From Octopus vulgaris (lineage: Eukaryota): a stretch of DNA of 64,000 bases. The position numbers and the translations under genes are program-made. The stretch covers positions 29,636,001 to 29,700,000 of the forward strand of contig OX597834.1 of assembly GCA_951406725.2 (NCBI GenBank), read 5' to 3'. Each line of letters starts with the position of its first letter. Within the stretch, counting starts at the first letter, position 1. Of the stretch, positions 38,695 to 54,311 are shown one piece after another. Under the pieces are notes generated by a model that saw only the letters and a list, made by a program, of their open reading frames with translations, was not told the DNA's origin and did not search any database.

Positions 38695-38913
38695 AAAAGT
38701 ATATTCATGTTTGTTAATATTGGACCTTTTAATAAAGTACACATTTGTGTGTTTGTTTGTTTGTGTGTATGTATATATAAGTTTCTGAAAGCAACTTGTC
38801 TTTCATGTTAAAAAATATAAAGATACACATACAAATTAGCATTTCCTCTAAAAGCAAGAATCCCGTCACTTTCTTGCTATTTTACACACACACATTGGCT
38901 CATTAAGAAATTA

Positions 38914-39120
38914 CCATATTCGTCAACATATAAGACACACTCCTGCATAAGACACACTTATACTTTAGAAGCATATTTTGTGTAAAAAGAGATTTAATGT
39001 TTCATCATCGACTCATACACTCGGCATAGCATCAACAATATTGGTCATATTAGAAGCATGACATTTTTTGTTATATCTAAGACTAAAAAAGGTGTGTCTC
39101 TTATATGCCGGCATATATGA
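38914..39120. mobile_element. Tc2/pogo-like MITE (207 bp) with TA target duplication
   Basis: TA|ccatattcgtcaacatataagacacac ... gtgtgtctcttatatgccggcatatatga|TA; CpG-decayed version of CCGTATT..CGGCGTATAAGACGCAC-type TIRs. Confidence 0.65.
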
Positions 39121-39166
39121 TATATGTATAACTATACTTAAATGCATAGTATATGTTTAAATAGTG

Positions 39167-39200
<34 letters not shown>

Positions 39201-39840
39201 TGTGTCTGTATATATTGCACAGATAAACATTCATTCGTGCTTATTTATATAGATGTCTATAGATAAGAGTGTGTGTGTGTTCAATAATCTATCTATATTT
39301 ACATGTGTGTACAGGTATCTTCATACATGTACACACACATGCATGTCAATTTATTGAATTTATAATATATATATTTTATGGTTGATATGTATAAATATAC
39401 ATCTGTTTGCAAATACGCAAATGTATTTTATATGAGTGGGACTAAATCCATGATTCTAGGGCCCTACTGCTTGATTATCTTGGAAAACTATCTTCTATTA
39501 TAGCCCTGAATGGGTTTGATAGGCAAAATTGCTAAGCTATAAGCAGTGATGATGTTAGCTATCATTTCCCTTATCAACAAATCCTCTGCTGGCTTTACAC
39601 CTTGGAAAACATATAGAATAAGGCTCCCTTTATTGAAAAAGAAAGTAGGGTTAGCACCAGCAAGGGCGTCTGTCTGAGAAACAATACCTTGGTAATATAT
39701 ATTTATGTGACCCATGCTACCATAGAAAAGCAGAGGAATAAAGAGACGAATGACATATTTATTTCAACAGACATGCACGCAGTTGTGTGTGTTTTGTGGT
39801 CTTAGCTATTTTGCTAAAACGAACTATATATATATATATA

Positions 39841-39891
<51 letters not shown>

Positions 39892-42800
39892 TATATATAT
39901 ATCTGAAAGCAGACTGTGGAGCTTGGTATAGTCATCTGGCCCGTCAGCTGCCTTCAAACCATCCCACCCATGCCAGCATGGAAAACAGACATTAGACAAA
40001 GTTGATGATGATGATACACGCACACACACGCGCACACTCAAATACGTACACACACTTATGCATACTTCATACTGACACACATGGATTCACCCACTCTTTC
40101 ACTTTCGTATTTATAAAAGTAAATATGTCTGAAATAAATTATATTAATTCTCTACCACACAACTTATTGACTGTTTGAATACCGGGTAATAATAAAGCTG
40201 TCACAGATTCTGTGATACTAATCTAATAATATGTGATGCTAATAAACAACAAGTATTAGTACTGGACCATCTTCTACCTGACAAACAAACAAAATTGTTT
40301 GAGAGAGCTAAGAGCAACCTGAGACAGATCAAAGGAAAGTTGATAGGCTAGCTTAAATATACAGTGAGTAGCAAATTTCGGTGCATTTCTGTAAGTAATA
40401 CCTGGGGCAGGGAGGTACTTGTCATTGAAACTGCTATTAAGGACCAGGTAGCTGGACCTCCTTCCCTTTAATTATCCAGTGTTTTTGTTTGCTTTTTTTA
40501 GCCTTCTTTTTTTTTTTTACTAGAATTATGTAGAGTCAATGAGACATAAGAGATTTTTATTGCTTAATTTTAGACTAGCTTGAAATACAGGGAAGATATT
40601 TCTGTGCTTGTGTGTGCGTGTGCGTGTGTGCATGTACATATACATATATATATGTTTGTATGTATATGGGCTGTGTAAAGAGTATTGAGGAAAGTAATAT
40701 GACATTTCACTCAATGCTCTTCACTAGAAAAGAAATACAATACTTTACATATGTGTGTGTGTATACATGTATGTGTTTATGCATGTATACGCATACACCC
40801 ACTTCTGTTATGATAGTTACTGATACACCACTTGTTTATGCGTATGTCCAGGCTTTATCCCCAACTATAAGCACAAATCTTATAGACATAATTCTTTAAA
40901 TGTGATTTAAAACACAAAATAATATTCATTATATATCATAATTATTTGTAATGCCAAATATGTATCCACAAAAGAAAACTATGATGATTTTCAAACAATT
41001 TTTCTTTAAACTTTTTTTAAACACATTTATAAATTTACGGAGAGAAAACACATCATGTTCATTGTAGAGTTCTGTAGATTTTCTTGTTTTGTTTACAGTT
41101 TCTAAATTATCTCAAGAAATTAGGTTGTAATAAATGACTGAAGAATTATATAAACTTTAGTTTTAAGAGGTTAACATGATTTTACTTGATAAAGATATTT
41201 TGTACGTATAATTCCTTAGATCAGAATATTTTGCTTTAAATTTTGATTTATTTCGACTACACCATTCATCATTTCTTTACTTTTCTCTATTTTTTTTTTA
41301 TTTTTCAGGGAGCTAAAACCTAACTGAACCCTGATATTTGTTGTGCTTTTATATTATATTTTATCGACATCCATGGAGTTGTAAAGGCACAGACATTCCT
41401 GAGTAGGATTTGAACTTGGAACATTCTAAGAAGAATAAAACTAAATACTTTAAATTATTTAGTGAGATATCCTACAGAACATTCATCGCACAAAGTCAAA
41501 TTGCTAGCTATCAATTATTTAGCTACAGAAATCAAGGAAATAGCCATTACAGAGGGTTTAGACAGGCCAAGGACAATATTCAAAACAGCCAAACATCCCT
41601 CAAATTGCAGCGTACCAGTATAAGAAAAACATAGAAGTACAGGATGTTTATGGCTGGAATTCCTTTGACTACATTTCTGTTCAATCACGGTTTTAATTGG
41701 CGAAACAACACTAAAAACAGCAACCTGTTTAGTTGTATCATCTAATGTAGAAGTATGTGCATGCATTTTAGAAGGCGTGTGTGCAATTTCTAATTTAGTA
41801 TTTCGAAGATAATCTTATTTATAATTGTTTATAGTTATATTTTGTTTCTTTCTGTCATTAACAGATTATTAATTATGAATTAATAGAGTAAAATGATAAC
41901 CCGTAATAAAATTCAACAATAAAATACGAAAAATACAATTTCAAAGAAAAATAAAATTTTAAAAGAGAGGAAATGAAAAATATATTGAAACATTTTCAGT
42001 TTTAAAATCCTTTACTCACACACACATACATATATATACATATATACACACATTCACATACATATATACATTCATGTATATAAGCACACATTCACACATC
42101 AGCTTTAAAGAATTATTTGTTGATTATAATGCAAAAATTTTAAATAAAGTTGGTAATGTAAACAGATGTACAAGGTTATGATAATCCAAATTCATATGAA
42201 AAGACAGGCCGCACATAATATTCAGGACATAAAAATTTTTTTAGTTTTAATAAATTTACTACAAATAGCTTTTCGTATCAAGAGAAATTTATAGAAAGGG
42301 ACATACAATTTGACACTGCCAGTGTGTATGTGTGTGTGTGTTTATGAGGATTTTGCATAAGCATAGTGATACTAATTACCTGGTATTATAATAACTACTT
42401 ATACATGTGTGCGTGTGTATACATATATATATATAAGCCCGTGTGTGTGTGTATGTGTGTAAAATATATGCAGATATAAGAGTAATTTATATAGAAATAT
42501 GTTCAGATCTCAGAACGTTGATATATAATTGTATTTATTTATGATTGAACTTGAATACAACATGTAAAACTGGATTATGCATAGAGATAAATATATAAAT
42601 ATACTGGTTGATAGATAGATACTCACATATATGTTTACAAACAAATATTATGCATATATATCTTTATACACACACACAAAGCCATATACATTATTATTAT
42701 TAAATATTTTCAATGTGAATTTGTTTTTGTTTTTTTTTACCTGCTAAAGATCAATGTAACATATCAGATAAGAATATCAGTGTATATTAAATACATAGAA

Positions 42801-43166
42801 AACTTGTGAAATGAAAGTAAATTAAAAACACTATGTCATACATGCCTATACATACATGTATACACATAGGCATTGTTATAGTTAAAGTTTGTTATGTATA
42901 TATCCGGTTAAATATCATGTATGGATTAAAAATATATTATCATATGGATAACCTACACATATGTATATATGTTTATATAAATTGTTATACATATGCATAC
43001 ATGTGTGTTTGTGTATATAGATAAGATCTTTGCAAGCATGTAATTTAACGAGAAGTCTTCACACCAATTAATTGTTACAAATGTAAACGTGGAGTATATA
43101 TTTCTCAGTGAAATAAACATAGGTTTATATATATATATATATATATACACATATATATATATGCAC

Positions 43167-43219
<53 letters not shown>

Positions 43220-44180
43220 TACATATATATATATATGCACATATATATATACATATATATATATATATATGCACATATATGTATATATGCACATATATAT
43301 ATATATACCCATGTTTATTAAATTATAAACTAAAAGTTTAACATTTTGAAATGAATATATTTTTTCAAATTGAAATAAATGAATTTGATGGCATAAAAAA
43401 TTATATTCATAGCACACATAATAAATTTATACACACTTTTATTAAATGTACAAACATGTTTGTGTGCTTATGTATGTGAATGTAGATTTGTGCATGTGTG
43501 TGTGTATGGATTATAATTGAATTCACGCAAACATATACACATTCTCTCAGATATATATCTGAACAATGAATAAAAACGCTGTACAAATTTGTTTGGCACT
43601 TGTAATATCAAGATGAAATAACATATTCAGTGTGCATTTAATACACAGAAAAATTGTTCAATGGAAGTCTGTCCATGAAACGAAGATGAAATAACTTCAG
43701 GAATGTGTACAATTTGAAGAAGTGCCAAATTTGTTCAGTAAATTCCTCAGGTAATACAGTGTATGAATACAAGATTAGAATTAATTACATGGGATTTAAG
43801 TGAACTGATACACCGGGAAGTAATTATACTCAATTAGATTATCGTGTCATAGACTATTTAGTAGGGATAATATTTTATAGATACATACATGATTATGTAT
43901 ATCCTTATCTATATCTATATATATATATATACATGCACACGAATATAAGTATACTTTCTAAACTGGTGAATATATATGTGTGTGTATGCCTTAATAAAAA
44001 TCATGTACAGGTTCACTTTAGATGTAGCAAATGATCCATATATAAGTATTAATAATATCAAAATCCATTCATGCACACAGGCACCTCCTCCACACATTAT
44101 TTTAACAATAATTTTACACTATATTTGAAAGCATTTTCTGAGCCTGAGTTCATATATATATACATATATGTGTGTGTGTG

Positions 44181-44235
<55 letters not shown>

Positions 44236-44446
44236 CACACACACATACATAAAAATATATATGTGTATAATCATGCAAATATTTGTATATCTATGTGTAA
44301 TATATGTATACATGCACATATATGCATGTATATGATAAATTTGTATATGTTCATATGTACAAATACATACAAACACATATATACACAATACATCATAAAT
44401 ATTATATATACAGTATGTATATTTATTATATATATCTGAATGTATA

Positions 44447-44478
<32 letters not shown>

Positions 44479-44616
44479 CATATTTGTGAATGTATATATA
44501 TACGTATATGTATATATCTGTGTGTGTATATATATATATATATAAATATGTGTGTGTGCTTATGTAAAAAGTGACTTGGAAAGAATAAAATTTAAAGGGA
44601 ACAATTTCTATATTTT

Positions 44617-44805
44617 TTCTTTTATTTGTTTCAGTCATTTGACAGCAGCCATGCTGGAGCACCGCCTTTGGTTGAAGAAATTTATCCCAGGCCTTGTTCT
44701 TTGTAACCCCACTTTTTATTTTATCAGTCTCTTCCCAAACCAATAAGTTATAAGGATGTAAACACACCAACATTGGTTGTCAAGCAATGGTGGGAGGACA
44801 AACAT

Positions 44806-44838
<33 letters not shown>

Positions 44839-45077
44839 TATATACATGTTCCAACCCATGCTAGCATGGAAAACAGACGCTAAACGATGATGATGATGAT
44901 GATGATACACGTACACACGACAGGCTTCTTTCAGTTTCCATCTACCAAAACCACTCACAAGGCTTTGGTCGGCTCAAAGTTATAATAGAAGACACTTGCC
45001 CAAGGTGCCAAGCAGTGGGACTGAACCCAGACCCATGTGGTTGGGAAGAAAACTACTTACCACACAGCCATGCCTAC
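44617..45077 (-). mobile_element. SINE family A with a SINE-C tail (+, 44848-44904) inserted in its internal microsatellite
   Basis: SINE-A halves are interrupted by ccaacccatgctagcatggaaaacagacgctaaacgatgatg. Confidence 0.8.
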
Positions 45078-45085
45078 ATAAATGC

Positions 45086-45116
<31 letters not shown>

Positions 45117-45695
45117 TAATGCATACATATATATTTATATATGCATGAACATTTATCAATATGTACATATAAATGTATATATATATATGTACATATATAT
45201 ATATACATATGTATATATATGTACATACATATATATGTATGTATGTATAATGTGCTGTCCTTTAAAATATTGGAACTAAATGAGTAAGTGACCAAGACAT
45301 AATTATATCGCTATATTGGCAACACTAAGATATTAACTCAAGTGTGTGTGTGTGTGTGTGTATATATTATATATACATATATATATACATACATGCATAT
45401 ATGCATACACTCACACTAACACACATAGGACTCCATGAACACATTATTACCTTTATATATATATGTGTGTGTGTATATATGTATGTGTATATATATATAT
45501 ATACACATACATATATACACACACACACACATATATGTCCCATCATCTATATGAGCAGAATTAAATTAAGTTGATATAAAGAAGGCAGTGCTCCAGCATA
45601 GCCTTGGGCAAAATTCTGAAAGCAGTTGGTGAAAAAAAAAAAATATATATATACAGAACTTACTCATAGTAAAACTAGCTTAAGTTTACAATAAC

Positions 45696-45761
<66 letters not shown>

Positions 45762-45838
45762 TACACATCCGTATATGTGTGTATATAATATTTACACTCA
45801 CACACATATATAGATACGCCAAGAGTGTCAGGCATTGG

Positions 45839-45887
<49 letters not shown>

Positions 45888-46287
45888 GTATATATGTGTA
45901 TACATCCTCATTCATGTTCAGGTTTAAATACATGTGGTAGTGTCAGCATTAGTCTTTGCATATTTAGTGAAGTTTTTTCATCGTCTCTCTCTTTCTAGTG
46001 TTAAAAAAATCTGATTCATTCGCTTGGCACAAAAAACACATATCTGACATCAAATAATTGTTTCTCACTTTGCCGTCATTCTCTGTTTAATACATGCACG
46101 CACACACACACATACACACACATTCACACACAGATACACACACGCATACACACACGTAAACTGCACAATTGTCTTTCGGTATACATGCTTCCATATATAC
46201 GCATATGTTTGTGTGTGTTTTGTATATACGATATATATATATATATAATATGTGCCTTTGCATTTTTGCATATATTTATAAACATAC

Positions 46288-46348
46288 AAGGCGGTGCTCC
46301 AGCATGGCCGCAGTCAAATGACTGAAACAAGTAAAAGAGTAAAAGAGT
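46288..46348 (+). mobile_element. SINE family A, isolated 3' tail (about 60 bp)
   Basis: aaggcggtgctccagcatggccgcagtcaaatgactgaaacaagtaaaagagtaaaagag. Confidence 0.85.
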
Positions 46349-46511
46349 ATACCTATATATAATTATATCTAAATACATATAAATTTATATATACATATAT
46401 GTTTATATATATATATATATTCAAATGTATGCATGGGTTCATATATATATAATATATTGTAAATACATGTATATGTAGACCTGTATTTGTATTATAAAAT
46501 TATAGCATATG

Positions 46512-46554
<43 letters not shown>

Positions 46555-46556
<2 letters not shown>

Positions 46557-46843
46557 TTTCAATCTTTTACTTGTTCCAGTCATTTGATGGAGGCCATGCT
46601 AGAGCATTGCTTTCAGTTATAAAAATCAATCCCAGGACTTATTCTTTGCAAGCCTAGTACTTATTCTATCGGTATCTTTTGCTGAACTGCTAATTTACGA
46701 TGGTGGGGGACAAATACAGACACACAAATATATACATATATACAACAAGCTTCTTTCAGTTTCCGTCTACCAAATCTCACTTGCCGACTTCTATCAAAAC
46801 ATCCAACTCATGCCAGCATGAAGAGAGGACGTGAAACAATGAT
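46555..46843 (-). mobile_element. SINE family A fragment (-) fused to a SINE-C tail (+)
   Basis: Family homology with internal deletions. Confidence 0.7.
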
Positions 46844-47129
46844 AATATATATATATATATTTATAGTTATATCTATATTTGACATATTTTTTTATACATT
46901 ATATACATCTTGCATTTTCACAAATGCATATAGATATATTGGGGTATTTTGATATGTTATATATGTAAGTCTCAAGTGTATAAATTTAGTTTTATGAGCA
47001 TATATATGAACATTATAAATTTTATATTACCTTATTTAAAATCCTTTTAGAAATTTATAAGCTTTCCAAAATTTGAAATCAATTCAAAATTTATTCATAT
47101 ATGTTATAATTTCATAATTTATATAGATT

Positions 47130-47340
47130 AATCCTTTCTAATGTTAGCACAAAGCCTGGAGCTTTAGGGAGGAGGGGTTAGTCAAATACATCGAGCCCAG
47201 TATTTGAGTGGTGCTTTTTTTTTCAATCCTGAAAAGATGAAAATTAAAGTCGATCTCGGCAGAATATAAACTCAGAATGTGTAGACAGACGAAATGTTGC
47301 TAAGCACTTTTGTCCAGCAAGTTAAGGATTCTACCACCTC
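47130..47340 (-). mobile_element. SINE family B, diverged
   Basis: aatcctttcta...aaagtcgatctcggcagaatataaactcagaatg...gattctaccacctc. Confidence 0.7.
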
Positions 47341-48103
47341 AGTACTTTTAATTATATATTTATTTTATATTTATTTTATGTAAAGAATTTTAGATAGATC
47401 TCATGATAGTTATTTATACTACACTTGAGGTTATTCAGTGTTTAAAAATTATTTTAACTATTTTGCCATAAATTTCAAATGTATTTCAAAATATCAAACT
47501 TTCAAACATTTACTTTCTAACCTGAAATTAAATCGTAATTTCTTATGTACTATGCATCAAATATTTTTAAATAATTTTAAAATACTAACACACTCATAAA
47601 AATAATCTTGAAATCTTTGTGTTATCAAACAGAATTTTTGCAAAATTACCTTTAATTTCCTATAAAATCAACAAATGATAAATGATTTATGAAATTATTT
47701 AAAGATTTCTATCAGGTTAATTTAGACAAAAAGTGATTTTATCATTGTATAAATGTGATATAATGTTGGTTATTTCAATATATATATTTGCTTAAAAATT
47801 CAAAAAACTCATGGTGGGGTAGAATAGGCAAAATTTCTTTTGCTGGGCTTAAAAAATATTCTTTTTTCAAGTAACAAAAATGATTTTTTTCTAGTATTCA
47901 AAAAATCCTCAAGAGTAATTTTTTATTATTGCTATAAATTCCATCAGCTTCCAATGAACATTCAACGATCAAATATACTCCCTCCCTTCTTAGCTACTAT
48001 TACTAATTTTTTTTTACTTAGGGAAATTTAGAAGATACAATTTTGCTTAAAATGAAAGAAAAAGAACAAGATGTGTGTGAGTCTGTGGGCATGTGTGCGT
48101 GTA

Positions 48104-48152
<49 letters not shown>

Positions 48153-48180
48153 AATATATAGCTATATTTATCTGTCTAAA

Positions 48181-48220
<40 letters not shown>

Positions 48221-50035
48221 AATACATATATGTATGTATACATATATATATATATATATATATAATACATATGTATATGTGTATATATATATAATACATA
48301 CATACATATATATATATTCAATACATACATACATACATACATATATATATACATATATATATATATATGTAATATATATACACATGTAGACACTTACATA
48401 TATACATATGCATGTATGTATGTAAAACTAACATTAGGTATGAATTTCAGGTTTTGGTGTTATTCAGTATGTATAGATTTTGTTGTTTTTTTTCTCTTAT
48501 TTACTGTTTTTTTGTTGACTAAGTATAATAGGTGGATATAAATTATCCACTTAACATTTCTGTCGTGTCTCCTTACAGACCTATGTGCTCCAGATTTGTC
48601 AGAATTAGTTAAAAGTTCAAATGTCTCTTCTTTCACAAGTGAATCAATATTGAATCTTAAATTTATTTCCAACTACTACTACATAGCTAAATTCCTATTT
48701 TAATGTTTGAAAAATCTTAATTAAATTTAAAAATGCGAAACTCTAGATTATCTTGATGCAAAAAAAACATGAAAGGTAAAAACCAAAAGATAAAAAAAGA
48801 AATGAATGTAAAAAATTATTTTAAAAGTTTACTTAAAATGATTTATTTCTTTTTTCTGTTTTTACCTTTATTTTTACTTTTATCCACTTTAACATTCTAA
48901 CATTTTCTTTTTATGCGATAAAAACATTTTTTTTATTTTGCAGTTACATTTGGGAAAACAAATAGTTTGGATTTACTTGTCTACACACCTGACAATAATG
49001 TTACTTTATTGTCACCAGTGCCACCTTTGACTAAACCTGTGTTATACCTTAAAAAATAAAACATTTGCTACACATTCCATCAAGTTGTGAAAAAAACATT
49101 TCAGAAGAAAGAATTATTTGTATAAAGGAGAATGAAAAATATGATTTCGTTTATCAGGAAAATAAAACCTTTCAAGTTTTGGCTTTAGCTAGAAACTAAA
49201 ACTTTTCAGGAAAAAAATAAAAAAAGAATTAATAAAAATTTTAATTAACCTCTGAAGTCATCAATTAGAGTGAAATATTAACCAAATATATTCTTTTTGT
49301 CAATTCAAGAAAGGTGGTAATTCATTCTATTGAGAAAATGAGTTGAGAGGTACATCAGAGAATAAGAATGATATTCTATAGTGCTAATTAGCAGAATTAT
49401 AAGAAAAGTCAATCAAGCCTCATAATGATGAAATTAATTCACATCCACTAAGTATTATGAAATATTGAAAGAAATGAAAGGGTATCTTATATCAAAATAA
49501 AAAAAAACACATTCAAGGTTCCAGGATTTGGCTTTTAATTCTAATACATTATGATCCCCTGCATCTCATCATCATAATCCGAATGATGAGTGTGAACACT
49601 ATCATCACAGTCATTATCATTATTATCAGCATCACACAAATGTTATCACTGCTCTGGCAAATAATTTATGAATTCTTACACAAAACGTTTTTTTCCTCCA
49701 AATGTCAAACCATCCAGGGACATTATTTCTATTGACTTCTTGTGAATCATTTAACATAAATTTTGTGCAATAAACGTATACGTACAAACCACACAGCACA
49801 CAGATAGGTGTGAATGCACACCTATATGAATATTTGTGTGTCCAGAAATATGTCTGTGTATTTACACACACATACATGTATTTACATATGCACACATGCA
49901 TATATATATACATACATACATATAGATATGCACACATGCATATATATATATACATACATACATATACATATGCACACATGCATATATATATGCATACATA
50001 CATATATATACATATGCACACATGCATATATATAC

Positions 50036-50068
<33 letters not shown>

Positions 50069-52095
50069 CACACATACACATATACACACACACCTGCACG
50101 CACACACAAACATACACATGCACACTCACACAAGTGCGCGCACACGCATACATATATCAGCTATGTATGTATATGCAGGCTAATATAAAGTCTTTGTGCG
50201 ATTTTAAATTTGCATAAATTTAATCCCAAATATAGTAGAATTAATCTTCTTAATGGATACGTGGAAATATTCATCACATATACGATCAAATTAGTTCTTG
50301 AAGTGATAAATTTGATAAGGTTCACTTCTATGTATTAAAAAAAAAACTGATGAAATTCTGAAAATGCATAATTTTGTGACTGTTTTCTAGTTATAGTCTG
50401 AATTAAATTTGCTATCCAAGCCTCCAAGTTATCTACAGAATGAAGTTTAGTTGAATTAAACAGTATTCCCTAACATGTACTCATAAAGTATATAACTATT
50501 AAAAAATTACTACACATTGATAATAAATTTTCTGATTCAGCATTACCAACTAAAATCATCAAATATCTAAATGCTTTTCAGGTTTTTCTGTCATTTATAG
50601 AAATAAAAGTAATAAAAATTTCAAATTTCACATCACAATACTGATCTTAAGCATGTATGTCTTTGAACATATCTATCTATTCATCTATCGATCTGTATAT
50701 GTGTGTGTGTGTGTGTGTGTGCACTTGTATGTGTGTGTATATATATATGGTGCACATATACGTATATATATATATGCACATGTACATACATCTCACGTAC
50801 TTTTGTGAGCACACACACACACTCACACACCTAACTTCAACAGTGAAAAACAGCAAAATGTGGTGTTTCACATGCCACCAGTTCTAGGAAATTGTCCAGT
50901 GTGAGGGGCCATTAAAGAACTCCCTTTAACTTTTATTAGTTCTTATGTCTAGTTATTACATTCCTAGACACTTAGCCTGCAAATTTGCTTCCAAAGTCCC
51001 ACTTTTGCATTCTGAGTGGGTTTTTTTGCACAATTTCTCTGGAAAGATGTCCTTCTTTTCAACCATTCAAATTTACAAAATTAAAAATCCTATGACGTGA
51101 CTTTCCTCAGGAGTATTAAGAATGGAAATGAAACTGAATCATAGAGAAAGGAAAATTTGGTAATTTTTGGTTTTCTACTTTTCTTAATTGAAGCACAACA
51201 GTGCTTGCCACTGTGTCTGTCACATATCTTAAAACTAACAGCCAAATATATTATCTTTAGAAATATGCTTGTATACTTCTTAGTTCAGTAGCCAAAATCA
51301 CAAAATGTTTGGCCGATGAAATTTGCATCACACATCATAACCACACCTGATGTACAATAGGTGCATGTATATTTGTGTATCTGCATGTATGAGAGTGTGT
51401 ATATATGCACACATACTGCCATGACACTGCATCCTTTAAGGCCCTCATGCTTTCCGAAATCCGCCGAAACTACACCTGATTATATATACACTTTAGATGA
51501 GTTGCACCTGAGCACTGTACACAATTATTATTATTATTATTATTATTATTATACATGCAGTTATATATACATGGCATATTTCATAAATATTCAAGTATCA
51601 TAATAGCATGAAACTATTAGTAGGTCTTCTGCTTGTGTATCTAATTTGATATATATATATATATATATATATGAGACCAAAAGTGTAAGTATGTGGCTAT
51701 ATATATATCATATGGCTCCTATGAATAGTACAGCAATGTTCTGGCTACAACAATTCATATACATTTTTCATTTTTGTCAGGGATCTCCAAAGTTTTGGGG
51801 TAAGATCAAATTCCTACTTTCATCATTAAAGTTCCTAGACTTTCATAAGAAAAAGCTGATTCCATTACATAAGATTATATTTAAATAAGAATGTGTTTGC
51901 ATGTGTTTCCATTAGTGTGCATATACAGCACATATGAGCATACATGTAAGTATGTATTTTATCTATGCATGTGTATATATGTGCATATATATATTTATAT
52001 ATAACTATGTATGTCTAAATGTAGATAATTAATATACATGCATGTATATACATCTATGTTATACATACATTAACATATATACACATATGTATATA

Positions 52096-52266
52096 CAAGG
52101 GGTGCTAAAATGTTCCTGAAAGGCCTAGTTGGAGGCTGAAATTTCCGAGATCTTTTACAGGACTTAGAAGAACTGAAGTATCATTGCAGTGAGTGAGTGA
52201 ATCTGAGCAGGGAAATCACAATTAACAAATCCTGTTGTATTTTCTTTTACCCAAAGCACCCCCTCA
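52096..52266 (+). mobile_element. Mariner-derived MITE / internally deleted mariner
   Basis: TA|caaggggtgct ... agcaccccctca termini. Internal LEELKYHCSE*VNLSRE resembles the mariner C-terminus (I.KL..RW.KCV...G.Y.E). Confidence 0.55.
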
Positions 52267-52281
52267 CATAGAAATATATGC

Positions 52282-52338
<57 letters not shown>

Positions 52339-52462
52339 TCCCGGGTTGAGTCGGGGTTAACCACAGTAAATAAGGTACTCAATACATAGCAGAGTAAATT
52401 AATTTATTGTTGATTTCTTTTAAATGAAACAGTTCTAGTCCTGTAGAAGCTCCTTCTATAAA

Positions 52463-52507
<45 letters not shown>

Positions 52508-52566
52508 TACATATACATATACATATATATACATATATATATACATATACATATACATATATATAC

Positions 52567-52640
<74 letters not shown>

Positions 52641-52957
52641 ATAAATATGTGTTTGTGCGTGTGTGTTCTATGTAGTTATTGGTGATGGCCAATCAGAAAG
52701 TTACCATTGGCTTCATGTCTATTACTCTTTTAAGCAATATAGGCAACTTATCAGAACTGATGGCTAGATGTGCATAAACTCCATATTAATGGAGTAATTT
52801 GCCTAAAGATCCTGTGCACCCACAAGTGTAACTGAGTGGCAAAACACCAACTAGACCCAAATAAAATATGTACACATATAATTAGATTAAATATACATAT
52901 ACATATATATATATAGAGACACACACACACACACATATATATATAACATATATATTT

Positions 52958-52991
<34 letters not shown>

Positions 52992-53191
52992 TTTATTTGG
53001 ATCAGGTCAGTCTGTTGCTTCTATGAGTTATGCCTGGGAGCGCACAGAATCTTCATAGAAACTATGCCAAAACTTGCCTGAAGACCCAGTGCACCCACGG
53101 GTGGAACCTAAAGTAGCGAGAGACTACCTTAGCCAAAAAAATAAATGTTCGTAATCTCTACTCTTTTGTCCAGGAGCAAGCACCAAATATC

Positions 53192-53229
<38 letters not shown>

Positions 53230-53757
53230 ATAATCATAATCATCATCATCATATATTTAATGTTTGCATCTCCATCCTTACATGGGTGAGACAAGATTCA
53301 TTGAGGCAGATGGCTCTTTCTGTTGCTGACAATCATATTCTCAAGAAAGGTAATGTTTTCCTTTAGGTTAGATGCGTTTCCACGGAAGTTTACCAGCAAA
53401 CAGCTTTGGATGCAATTGCTGGATGATGCTACACGATAGTAAGGAAGTCACACATCCATATGCATACACACACAACCTGTGTGTGTGTGTGTGTGTGTGT
53501 GAGTGTGTGACAGGCTTCTATTATCCCATTCTACCAACTAAACTGTTTCACAAAGCTACAGTAGGGTCGAGACTACGTCAGAAGTAATTTGGGGTGAGTC
53601 TGTAACAAAAACTCAATGCTGCAAAGCAAACCTCCACACAACTCAGTTATGCTTGTGACAATATAAATGTGTATGTGCGTGTATATATATATATACACAC
53701 ACACGCACACACACACACACATACATATATATATATGTATATATATGTGTATATATG

Positions 53758-53789
<32 letters not shown>

Positions 53790-53854
53790 TACATCAGTAT
53801 ATGTATATATATATATATTTATGTATATACATACACATATATATATACATATAC

Positions 53855-53922
<68 letters not shown>

Positions 53923-53967
53923 TTATGTATTATGTATATACATACACACACACACATATACATATAA

Positions 53968-54025
53968 ACACAAAGTGGGACAAGAACACAAAATGGAAGT
54001 TTTGCGTTCTTGCCCCATTTTGTAT
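53968..54025. mobile_element. Palindrome of two 26 bp PLE-like 3' tails (family of 62321-62447 and 63373-63508)
   Basis: acacaaagtgggacaagaacacaaaa tggaag ttttgcgttcttgccccattttgtat, embedded in TA/CA repeats. Confidence 0.6.
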
Positions 54026-54172
54026 ATTTTATATATATATATGTAAATATATAGAGGCGTACGTACATTTTGGTTTCTATATATATATATACATACATAC
54101 ATACATAAATACTTACATACATGCATACATATATATATATATACTTTATTGAAAGGCAGCAAAAATATCAGA

Positions 54173-54218
54173 AAAACTGTTACTCAGATTTTCATGTTCC
54201 CATTCGTTGGACAGTTTT
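54173..54218 (-). ncRNA. Decayed minimal hammerhead motif in a PLE-like fragment (54144-54262)
   Basis: Minus strand: aaaactgt CCAACGA atg ggaa cat GAAA atctgag TA acagtttt. Stem I is a perfect 8 bp, but the core is altered at positions 4 and 5, so it is probably inactive. Confidence 0.55.
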
Positions 54219-54311
54219 GTTTAGAAATCTAACCACATATAGTGAACGTGTAGCATTATTTATTTTTGTGTGTGTGTGTGTGTGTACATACATACATATA
54301 TATATATATAT

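Noticed and set aside
41515-41766. 83 aa minus-strand ORF and overlapping + strand exon-like frames
   Set aside because: No recognisable domain, weak splice signals and equally plausible readings on both strands.
50340-50375. CTGATGA...GAAA spacing resembling a hammerhead
   Set aside because: No credible stem II, and stem I is only A/T runs; expected by chance in AT-rich DNA.
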